NCBI GenBank assembly: GCA_030167865.1 | Contig: JALAGF010004294.1 | Location: forward strand, 1-37,284 | From: Craspedostauros australis | Taxonomy: Eukaryota | Direction: 5' to 3' | DNA length: 37,284 nucleotides | Shown: one piece after another, positions 22,144-32,314 of the stretch | Layout: each line of letters opens with the position of its first letter | Position numbering within the stretch: position 1 is the stretch's first letter | Translations under genes and position numbers: made by a program | The notes under the pieces: generated by a model | Database searches by the model: none | What the model was told of the DNA's origin: nothing | What the model saw: the letters and a program-made list of their open reading frames with translations, nothing else

Positions 22144-24501
22144 TCATCCCCAGGCGCCCAAGGATTGAGCGATACTCACATCAGGATCCAGAATGAGTAC
22201 ATTGTGGATGAGTTCCATCTTGTTCGACTGTGGCACCGAATCATAAAGCAGCCGCACCCGCGCGCGGCACCGGATCGGCGTGCTGCGTCCAACAAGCGAC
22301 AGTGCCGAGACGGAGGCGGCTGAGGATCTTGCCAATGCTCCACCGCTAACGGGTCCGTCGGTGCCGCACTTTCTGGTGGCCTGGCCGGACCTTCCGCTGT
22401 CATTGCCAGTTCCGCGGTTCTGCGACGTGGTGGGAGCTTCGAGCGGATAAACGTCCATCCACACGCCGCCGTCTGCAGCGGACGTATCTTGCCCGCATCG
22501 GATGAGGCGGCGTTGATGCAGCTCTCCCAGCAGATCAGGAAGAGTCAAGCTGGTGATGAATGTTGAAAATGGCGGTCCTCCGCTGAGCAGAATGGACGGA
22601 GCATTCTCCACGACGGAGACATGAGCGGGCGATGCGGATGATGATGATGTCGCTGGTGTTGCCGCTTGCATCGATGTTGACGTTGATGTCGCTGCTGATG
22701 CCAATCGTGCAGGATCTTCTCGACTCACAAGCTTTCCGTTGTGAATCAGCACTGCCCGTTCTGCGCTCTCCTCTTTGCGACTACTTGTGCCGAATAGGAT
22801 GTCCAGAACACTACATCCGACCAACGACTTGCCCAGCAGATTCATCGCCGCGGGGTTTGCCATGCAGACTCGGAATGGTGACGATGTCAGCGTCAGCAAC
22901 CTTCCAATCATCAACGACCGAATGATCGAATGACAACCCATGCATCCAACAATTCCGCCAAACAACCATCCATCCAGCCATCCATTCAAACATTCATTCC
23001 AACATCCATCCATGAATCAACATCGAAGCATTACCAACGCAAGATCCAGCATCGTTTCACATCCATCGCACAATGCAAACAGAAGAAGAGCACGGATGTG
23101 AGGTCATCGTTGTGGGTTGCTTTCGCCGGTCGGTGCGGTTCCTCTTCATGCCGAGCATCCCATGCATGACTTGAAGCCGAGGAAGCACTTCCATGCACAC
23201 GCACGCATCTCGGGAGCGACAAGCCATCCAACCGCTCTTGCTCGAAGCCACATCGATGTGAAGCTACGGTCCAGCGTATGGCACTGCAACACGGTACACT
23301 CATCATGCAAGCGCTTGAATGCAACTGGTTGGACTTACATGGGTTGCGGTTGCTCCATCATCCAGGTCCAACTTCGTGATGATTTGGCCTGTGTCGGAGT
23401 TTGATTTGTGACTTCCGACGGCATTGGCGTTGGCGTTGGTGTTGGTGGTGTCATCGGGATCGGCACAGCGGCGGGTGCTGGTGCGGGCGCTGGATTGCTT
23501 CTCGATCCAGGATCGTCTCCTTGGCACAGAGGCAAAGCCGAGGCTTTGGTTGTGGTCTGCAACATGAACGGATGCACTTCATGCCGTGCTCGACTTGCTT
23601 GCCCATGATGGTTCGTTGCAGCGCTTGGAAGCACGGTCATTCTCATCGTTTGATTCGTGGGCATCGCACCATCTTGTCGATCCCGCGGCCGGTCACACTG
23701 TTGATGTTGGTCAAGACGATGATGCTCATGTTGAAACTCAGCGAATCCGCGCTGCAACATGATGACTCTCTGTTCGCCGTGCGGAACATGATGGTTCGAA
23801 TGGATGCCGGTCTTCTGCACGGGTTGGCTTCTTTGGAGCATTGAATTATCGCCACAGGCTTCGTCAGAACCAACGCCGACGTTGTTGTTGTTGTTGGTGG
23901 TGGTGTGAGCGCGTTGGTGGGCGACGTTTGGGGCATGTCGGGCCGCTGGAACGGAGAATGGTTGGCCACCACCATGGTTGGTGTATTGGACGTTCCGGGA
24001 ATCGATCTGTGATATGACAGTCACATCGCGTGCTCGATTCTCAGGCAATGGCTCGTTGTCGTGCAGGGAGGATGGACGCGATTGTGATTGTGGATATGCA
24101 TGTGATCGTGGGGATGGTTCCGTCATTGAGGCAATCGGCGGTGTTGGATGTGGAAGTTCTCCGCTCCTTTGGAAGTGGTTGCTGAAGGCCATCGCAGGCA
24201 AGGAGTCGAGAAAGGATGGGTGGTGGGGATGTGGGTGCCGGTACGAGTGGGCGCCGCATGTGTTGGAGGTGGGTGCATTACTCATGGGCGCAGCATCGGA
24301 AGCAAACAGTGCAGACGTATCGCCATTGCCACACGAGTACACATTGGCATGGGTGGAAGGGAGGTGTTGATTGGAATGACATTGCGGTGCGCTTTGCCAT
24401 CGTGATTGCACACGATTGCGACTTGCTGGGCTCCCATCAGCAGCTGACACCTCTCCCCAGACTCGGGATCTCTTGGCACTTTCACTGACCGCCGGCAGCA
24501 T
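22144..24501 (-). CDS. Disordered protein with split PAS-like domain, paralog B (exons 24501-23339, 22900-22144)
   Basis: Donor CCCAT|GTAAGT at 23338 and acceptor GAAG| at 22901 are both phase 2 and join two long ORFs, giving MMEQPQPMLLTLTSSPFRVCMANPAAMNLLGKSLVGCSVLDILFG. The C-terminus reads IRCRARVRLLY...LIHNVLILD. The intron contains a (TGGA)n microsatellite. The acceptor is weakly pyrimidine-rich. Confidence 0.7.
22940..23012. repeat. Degenerate (CCAT)n microsatellite in predicted intron
   Basis: ccatccatccagccatccattcaaacattcattccaacatccatcc seen directly. Confidence 0.7.
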
Positions 24502-27263
24502 TGCGACTCTGTCAGTCTCGAAATCTGTCTTCTTGTTTTGCTCTTTCGTTCTTCGATTGCACAAGAATGCGCATGGGATGAATGTGACTCCACGATCGTG
24601 GACCACGCTGTGGAAGGTTTGGGCAACTCACCGAATGGGGACGGGCGATTCAGCTGCACGACCGACCTCCGCGAGGCACTTGATGGTCGACCTGTTTTGA
24701 ACCCCGCCTCAAAGAGTCGATGATGCTGAACTAGTGGTTGGGGGTCACTCGACCACGTATTGGTGCAGTGACAAGGGGGTACATCGAACACTCATCTGCG
24801 TGCGAGCTACGACCTACGAGAGCAAGACGAATACCCTTGGTAGGCATTTGGAGGTACGCACGGAGACGAAACCAGTTGATGGAGAGTACATACAAGAAGG
24901 AGCGCTTCTCCACACTCGTGGTCGTGTTCAGGCACCAACACGTGTTGGTACGAGTGCTTCCACACACATGGGATGTCTGTTTGGATACGCATGGAGACTG
25001 TCGCGTGGGAAACCCAACTGGACGCACTCGTGGCAAGGATGACGAAGACCACAACACAACTACCCAACTACCAAGAAAAAGAAGAAAATGACAAAAGACG
25101 AGAGGAAAACGACCAAAGATGTTGTCAGGTTTCGTTCAACAAGGCAAGGTTGGTCGATTTCGTTGGGACACCGAAGAGTTCGTCATCGTGCCGTCGACGT
25201 GTGTCGCTCAAGGGGTGATGTCACACCGGATGGACAAAAAGATACAAGCGCAAGGCGACGAGGGCTAACTTCAAGCACAATCAACAAGCCAAACGGAGAA
25301 CCCCCTGAGGAAGAACAAGCGGCAAAGTTTAGGGGCACAGAAGAATGCTTACGATAAACTATGTACATAAATGAGGTCCGAATAAATGACGACGAGGGAG
25401 AAGTCACAAGCACATACAGAGACGCTATCGACTTCGGAGGGGACGAGCAACACGGAAGATGGAGAAACTGGTGGCATAGGCCAATTGCAAGTACGAGTAA
25501 TTTGACGAAAGCTTGAGCAACGCGTACGTGTTCGCATCCGTCATTACTTGGACCACTTGCGTGGTACCGGCATAAGCCGTTGATGAACAATCGGAAAATT
25601 TCAAACACTTCGCCCTACTGATACAACCAAGTATGAAACCATGCAAAGCGTGTGGGCAGCCAAAGAAAGGCCGCACAAGGAGGTCAGTCTAGCTTCCTTG
25701 TCTCTCCGAATGCCATCATCACACTCATCGTCATCATCGTCGTTATCGTCATCATGAGTTTGAGCCATCATCATCGTCACTCCATTTGTGCTGTGTTTGC
25801 ATCGACATTGTCTCACAACCGTTTCCGCGCACGTGCGTGCGTGCATGCATGCATGCATCATGTCCATTGTGGTTCGCAACAACCAACGCAAAAAGGCTTC
25901 TTGGCGAATGCATACGTGCGGGGATGTACGTGGTGGCGGTCCTGAGGTGTTTGTTTGCACCAGCGCACTGCGGAGACGACCAAGTTCAGGGATCTCGCCA
26001 AGAGAGCATAGATGTCCTTGATTGCAAATGCAGGCAGTTGCGTAGTTGATGTGACAACAGCCGAAGAGTCACAGAAACGCATCGCAACGCACAAGCATTG
26101 TCGTAACTATCAGCGACCTTCATCGCACCAACAGAGCACGGCTCAGATCAATTGCATGGTTGCTGCGAGATCGTTTCACTTGTTCTGATCGTGTGTTCGT
26201 TTCGTTTGTATGCCCATGGTCAAAGACGGCCCGTGATTAATCGTGGATTTGTCGTACCATACTCTACATTGCAACTTCGCGATCCGAGTGCTCTCTACTC
26301 ACACACTCTGCTCCTGTTCCGTCTTTTGAGTCTCGCAGCAGCGAACAACTTGGTGTCCAAAGCTGACCTCCTCTTGCCAATGGTGCCGATGTTGTCCATG
26401 CTCGTACAAACTAGATGTGCTCTTACTTCTGCGTGTAGATCAATTCTCCTTCTCACGTTCTCACATGGATGCCCAAAGCTGACTGATCTTGTTCCGCTCC
26501 TTGTGGGCATGGCTCCGCAAATGTACAGATCACCTCCCACTGCAAACAAGTGAGGTTGAACGCCTCTGGGACGAGAACGACGCAATTCATTCAATGCAGG
26601 ACCGACCATCCCTATTTCCGCCATCGGATATTGTGCATATGACTCTGAAATATTCTTCTCCACTCTCATCTAGCGATACAACATAGTCACACTGAGGTCG
26701 TTTTGAAATTGTGGAATGGACGTGGTGATGCGACGCAACAATGTGCGAAAACTATGTGCACGACGTTCGGAGTTTCTTGTTCATATGTACAGCATATACT
26801 TCGTCTGACATGTGTACGTCGCAAAGGACGCGTTTGTCCGACTTGATTGATGCTGCTTCCATTCGTCTTTCTTGTGTTTTTGCAGTTGCAGAATCCGAAT
26901 TCCGGCACAACAATTGTGAGCCAATCAATTCGATTCGAGTGGATCAATGTTCGCTTTTCAGGCGAACAGCGATGCAAAATGATGACCAGAGACTCCCAAC
27001 AACACACCATTTGCACCAACATGACCACCCAAAACGAAGAAAAGGTCTGGCACCAAGCGAGTGGATCCATCAGAACAACGGCGGCAACGATGACCAACAG
27101 AATCGCATTGGATGAGCAGGGACGGGCGTTGGAGCCCACCAACTCCTCCAATCCAATTGAAACCACAACCACACGCAATCACATCCATCCATCCAGAGTA
27201 GTCAATTGCAGTCAATTGCAGTCGATCGGCAACAATTGCGTCGCTCTCACAATTCTCACCCAA

Positions 27264-27318
27264 GTTGTATCCACGCTGCATCCACGTTGCATCCACGTTG
27301 TATCCACGTTGCATCCAC
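27264..27318. repeat. 11-bp tandem repeat (TGYATCCACGY, about 5 copies) just upstream of the IDH ATG
   Basis: tgtatccacgc tgcatccacgt tgcatccacgt tgtatccacgt tgcatccac seen directly, with no spacers. Confidence 0.85.
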
Positions 27319-27351
27319 TGAACTCAACTGCACTGTAACGAGCCTCCCATC

Positions 27352-29183
27352 ATGTTCTCATCCTTTGCCATCCGTCGACTGGCGGCGGTCAGCACCAGCA
27401 AGAGCGCCGCACGATGCAGCATTGCGTCCTACCAGCACATGTCCTCCTCGTTCTCCACGACGGCTGGCGGCGAGGCCAAGGAGGACAAGGTGATGGCGCC
27501 ACCGATGGTGTACATTTCGGGCGAGGAGATGACCCACTACGCCTGCCAGCTGTTCGTGAAGCAGTGGGTCGAGCCGTACTTCGACACGAGCCGGTGGGAG
27601 ACCTTCGATCTGTCCTGCAAGGCGCGCGACGAGACCGACGACAAGGTGCTGGCCGACGCCGTGGAGGCCGGCAAGCGAATCTGCGCCATCTTCAAGGAGC
27701 CCACCATCACGCCATCCACGGTGCAGGTCCAGGAGATGGGGCTGTCCAAGGCCTTCGGATCTCCCAACGGCGCCATGCGCAAGGGTTGGAACGGCATCAC
27801 CATCTCGCGCGATACCATCCACATCACGGGCATGGAGCTGGGTTACAAGAATCCCGTCTTCTTCGAGCGCCATGCTGTGGGCGGCGAGTACGGCGCTGGC
27901 TGGAACTCCGTGGGTCAGGGCACCTTGCTCACCACCTACCTGCCCAAGGACGGCAGCCCGCCCTTCGTCGTGGACAAGAGGGATTTGGAGGATGAGCACA
28001 ACGTCGTGGTTGTCTACCACAATCCCTACGACAACGTCGCCGAGCTGGCGCATCTCTTCTTCAAGCGCTGTCTCGAGAGCAACATCACGCCATACGTCGT
28101 CACCAAGAAGACGGTCTTCAAGTGGCAGGAGGGATTCTGGGCCACCATGAAGGATATCTTCGATACCAATTACAAAGCTCAATTCGTGGAGGTGAGTTGC
28201 TCTTGCTCTGTTGCGCTGCTTGTCTTCGTTTTTGGTGTAACGAGAGCAACTGTCGCTGCTGCTGCTGTTGCTGCTTCTGTTGTGTGATGGCTTCAAGATC
28301 TCACCGCAATCTCTCATCGAATTTCTCAACTGAATTTCTCAACTGTTGTCGCAATCAACTATTCTCCTTCTTACCATTCCATGTCACCATTGGATAAGCG
28401 CAGGCTGGCTTGATGGAGAAGTGCGGTGGCGAGCTGCAGCATTTGATTTCCGATGCCGCCACCATGCAGCTGATCCGCTGGACGGATGGCGGGTTCGGCA
28501 TGGCTGCCCACAACTACGACGGTGACATGCTCACCGATCAAATCGCCCAGGTCCACCGTTCGCCTGGTTTCATCACCTCCAACTTGGTCGGACGCCGCGA
28601 TGACGGCGTGCTCATCAAGGAATTCGAGGCATCCCACGGCACCGTTTCCGACCTGTGGAACGACCACCTCGCTGGCAAGGAGACGTCGCTCAACCCGCTG
28701 GGATTGGTCGAGGCGATGATTGGTGCCATGAACCACGCCGCCAACTTGCAGCTCGAGCAAAACCCAACCAGCGCCGAAGCGAAGGAGACGCACGAGAGAG
28801 TCCATTCCTTCACCCTCACGCTGCGTAGAGCGCTGCACAACACCTTCCGTTACGGCCAGGGCACACGGGACATGGCAGGACCAAGCGGATTCACAACGGA
28901 GGACTTCATCGACAAGGTCGCTTGGCGATTGGAAAGGTACCTAGCACGCCAAGACGATGCCTTCCCACCACCAAATCTCACGGAACCAGACCGCCTCTAC
29001 CGTCGCAACTACAAGGTCGACCAGGAGGCTATCGCCGAGCTCTTCTCCAAGTACGACAAGGACGGTGACGGCTTCTTGGGATACGAGGAATTCTCCAAGC
29101 TCCTCATCAAGATGAACCTCGCCCCGCAACAAGCCAAGGGCAACGACGAAAACGAAGCCACCGCCAAGGTTCCGGATGTCTAA
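27352..29183 (+). CDS. IDH: Mitochondrial type-II homodimeric isocitrate dehydrogenase, predicted NAD+-specific, with C-terminal EF-hand (exons 27352-28191, 28404-29183)
   Basis: Motifs GEEMT, KEPTITP, SPNGAMRKGWNG.TISR, RHAVGGEY, TKKTVFK, HNYDGDMLTD, EASHGTVSDLW and TSLNP. Phase-0 intron 28192-28403 (GAG|GTGAGT ... GCAG|GCT). The Arg/Ser-rich, acid-free N-terminus fits a mitochondrial presequence. EF-hand loop DKDGDGFLGYEE at 29055-29090. Confidence 0.95.
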
Positions 29184-29264
29184 ATCGTGCATTGTCTGCA
29201 TGCATGCATACCAATCATCGTAAGAACTCGTAACAGCCAGCTTGTAAACAACCAACAGAGCATT

Positions 29265-31808
29265 CTACTGCTTCACATTTAAGACTGGACTCCAAAATCG
29301 ATCATCTTTTGACAACGCGATGACATTCGGAAACACCTTCGGTATCATTTGAGCTGCTGTGGAGATTCTGTATCCGTGACCCACGCTTCTCGCATGGAAC
29401 TCCGCTCTCTCCTTTTCCATTTGTTCATCTTGTTTTTGCTGCTGCTGCTCTCTCTGTTGTTCTGTCACAGGCGATGCGGCTTGATCGGCTGGCTGATGCG
29501 ATGCATCCCAAATGGATCGTGCCAGCCTCGTGGAAATTAGGTAGCATGCATCGTCGACGTAAAGATGGACGGAATTGTAGAATTCAAGGAAGAACGGATG
29601 GATCGGTATCTCCTGATCTTTGCTGGGCAAGGATACATTCAATGACCTGGCCTGCTCTTGCAGCATTTCTTTCACCGCCCCCATGACGATGTTGGGGTAC
29701 GTCGATGAACTTGGACTTGGAATTGACTCTGCGGAATCGTTTGCCGGTGGAGGGATGGTTGTGGTCAGGCGCAAATGTTGATCTCGCAACGCAACGAGCT
29801 GCGCAAAATTGATCTCGTTTCCCGCATCGCAAACGACGACATAGTCGATTCCCGTCATGTGCCGCGACGCGTCAGCCTGCTCCAATGCTATTGGTGAAGC
29901 TATCTGACCCAGCAGCGCAAAGATAGATGCTTCAATGCCAAACTTGTTCTCGTCGTCTCGTGACACATCTGTGATGTGTAGGACATCCGACGGGCTGGGA
30001 TCCTCGGTTTCGTCCATCTGATCAAGAAGGAATACCCATTGAACATCGCATTGCTTTTGAATAGTATCCCCATCACCTCTCGCGCCAACCATGTACGGGC
30101 AAATGTCACTCCCGCTGCCATTAGCTGCAGCGACTTTCAGACTCCGCGCTTGCGTCAGCATGTGCTGACGGTGACGATTTCTGGATTCCACGGTGCTATT
30201 CGTGATGACAATCAAGAATCGAGGCGGGCGGTCCGTCTCAGTGCTCGTCGTTCTCAGCTGTGGCTGCGCCAGCTTGTGCGTTTGCCGTTCCATCCGTTTC
30301 ACCTCGCGTTGCCAGATGCGTTTCCATCTTGCGTTGGCCTTCACTGGGTGCTCCCAAAACCGCGTGTGCTTGCCCAGCACAATCCACCGCATCGCGTGGG
30401 GGTGCACCCCCTGCAATGCCAGCGCGGTGACATCATGATCCTCCGGACCCTCCAAATACGTCACAGCCGCTGCAGCAGTTGCGCTTGCGTCGATGCTGTG
30501 AGGGTCGGAGCCATGCGGTTGCTCTTCGTGACGGATCGAAGGATCAGGTGCGAGCAGAGCTGCTGTAGCCTTGTCCATACGCATTGCCTCGCGGACTGCT
30601 GCGATGACCAGATCATGCGATAGGACGTAGCACTGCCCCGCCAAGTACATGTGAAGTCCGTCGTAGTTTTCCATCCAGTACCCCTCCTTCACCTGGACGA
30701 TGGAACTGTCGTTCTTGTACGCGCGTGACCAGGCAGCCTTGTTACGCAAGGATCCTACGGATGTCGACACTGGACGCCGACGGAACATTCTACCGACGTT
30801 TTCCTGTGGTGAGGGCGCGCGCTCAAAGTAGGATGGCATCTGATAGTTCAAGACATGAAGCAGAGCATGCAACCGGATCATGCTGTCCAGGTCCAACTTC
30901 ATGACGTATCCGATGGATTCGTAATGTTCCAAAACAACGGAGGCGGCGTACGACAGGAAGGTCTGCGACTTGCCATGGTCCATGTTATCCACAATCTTGA
31001 GGATGACGTAATCCTCGGCTGAGTTGAGATCCTGAATATTCTTCAACGTGTCCGGATTGACGGTCATGTCATCGTGTGCGGCTTGCCACGAATCAAAGCG
31101 CGTGTGGGAAGAGTCTGGTGCGTGGTGTCGTGACGGCAAGCCCAGTCGCATCGTTTCGGCTGCATACGTCTCGTTGGTTGCAAAGACGAAGGCGTAAATC
31201 ACCTGGCAAGGGTTGCCGTCCCACGACCCCGCGTGCGTTCGTTCATTCTCTTCAAACTCCGGCAAGGAACATAGAACTGAGCTCGTATTCCACAGCGAGA
31301 ATAACCTGCGCATCCGAACTCGGTACCACACATCTCTCGACGTCGTTCCTGACACTATCCCCACGAATACTCGGTTTTTAGGCAGCGAATATTCGTCCGT
31401 CCCTTCGTCGTGATGGCGATTTGTGCTGCCTGTAGTGTTTGTGCTGCTCGCATGGTCTCCACGGATGTCATGAGTACTCGTGGATCGAATGTTCTTCGTC
31501 GCGCTGCCCATATGCTGCTCCTGTGCAAAGTCCAATTTGAAAGCCTCCTGAAGGTCCCCATGCCTCTCCAGCGTCATCGCGCGGCAGATTATGAAGAATT
31601 GGTAAGCCACGATGGCCATGAGCATCATGTAGAGGGTCGATGAGCGCCATCTCCGTCCATGTTGCCGTGGCCAACAGGATGCGCACGCGTAGCTTGAGTC
31701 AGCATGAGACGAACGTCCACGCACGGACGCCGACCGCGATGACAGCGATGATGCTTTGGCCACCTTGATCGTCGGGGCAGAGGATGACTTGCCCTTGTAG
31801 AAAGCCAT
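29265..31808 (-). CDS. Type-II membrane GT31-like (beta-1,3-galactosyltransferase-like) glycosyltransferase with two tandem domains
   Basis: Basic N-terminus, TM TLYMMLMAIVAYQFFII and a stem. Domain 1: DNMDHGKS..FLSYA, YVMKLDLD (DxD, 30899-30885), YLAGQCYVLSHDL, EDHDV, FWEHPVK. Domain 2 repeats the scaffold (DYVVVCDA, YVDDACYLIS..LA, FW). ATG at 31808. Confidence 0.82.
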   Translation of the reverse strand: MAFYKGKSSSAPTIKVAKASSLSSRSASVRGRSSHADSSYACASCWPRQHGRRWRSSTLYMMLMAIVAYQFFIICRAMTLERHGDLQEAFKLDFAQEQHMGSATKNIRSTSTHDIRGDHASSTNTTGSTNRHHDEGTDEYSLPKNRVFVGIVSGTTSRDVWYRVRMRRLFSLWNTSSVLCSLPEFEENERTHAGSWDGNPCQVIYAFVFATNETYAAETMRLGLPSRHHAPDSSHTRFDSWQAAHDDMTVNPDTLKNIQDLNSAEDYVILKIVDNMDHGKSQTFLSYAASVVLEHYESIGYVMKLDLDSMIRLHALLHVLNYQMPSYFERAPSPQENVGRMFRRRPVSTSVGSLRNKAAWSRAYKNDSSIVQVKEGYWMENYDGLHMYLAGQCYVLSHDLVIAAVREAMRMDKATAALLAPDPSIRHEEQPHGSDPHSIDASATAAAAVTYLEGPEDHDVTALALQGVHPHAMRWIVLGKHTRFWEHPVKANARWKRIWQREVKRMERQTHKLAQPQLRTTSTETDRPPRFLIVITNSTVESRNRHRQHMLTQARSLKVAAANGSGSDICPYMVGARGDGDTIQKQCDVQWVFLLDQMDETEDPSPSDVLHITDVSRDDENKFGIEASIFALLGQIASPIALEQADASRHMTGIDYVVVCDAGNEINFAQLVALRDQHLRLTTTIPPPANDSAESIPSPSSSTYPNIVMGAVKEMLQEQARSLNVSLPSKDQEIPIHPFFLEFYNSVHLYVDDACYLISTRLARSIWDASHQPADQAASPVTEQQREQQQQKQDEQMEKERAEFHARSVGHGYRISTAAQMIPKVFPNVIALSKDDRFWSPVLNVKQ

Positions 31809-32314
31809 TCCACGCCCGTCCACCCCAATACTCCTCGTATCAGATTGTAGTATCCAATGTTATGTAGTACTAACTGCTGGCTCTCCTTGTCGTTTCGGTT
31901 GTGGCTGTGGTGCTTCTGCAAGTAACGTCTGCTTGCACGAGCAACATGGGCATAAAGTACGACCCCATCGGTGTGGGATGCTGCGAGGACAGATGTTCTT
32001 CTTTGATGTCTGTTGTCACCACGGACGACCGAACAAGGGTCACAACCACAGCAACGAGTCACAAACATGTTCGTTGTCGTGTCTCTTTTGTCATCTTTGT
32101 TGTTCTTTGTGTTTGCGCGGTTACCATTGGTCAATTTATCCACGATTGAAATCTGTATTCCTGAATCAACCTTATCCCAGCGATGATTGGACTCGATGTC
32201 GCCCGACATGACTGTCAGTGTAGACAGCACTTGTGGCCGTAGAATCCAATACTTCAAGCACTCCACGGTGTGTAGGTAACACCATCAGTAACATGAGCGC
32301 ATTGTGCTGCTACC

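Noticed and set aside
16510-24501. Calling the PAS-like genes LOV photoreceptors/aureochromes or bHLH-PAS factors
   Set aside because: No GxNCRFLQ motif and no recognisable bZIP or bHLH region.
25690-27200. Numerous 60-160 aa ORFs upstream of IDH
   Set aside because: Overlapping in all frames, with no motifs and no codon bias; treated as intergenic.
27264-27318. Short direct-repeat array as a possible CRISPR
   Set aside because: The units are 11 bp and head-to-tail with no spacers, there are no cas genes, and the context is eukaryotic.
27358-28329. 323-aa minus-strand ORF (likewise 9655-10410 +, 12482-13513 -, 2085-2870 -, 8684-9196 -)
   Set aside because: These are antisense shadows of real genes. 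Strong C/G third-position bias removes stops on the opposite strand, and they contain no motifs.
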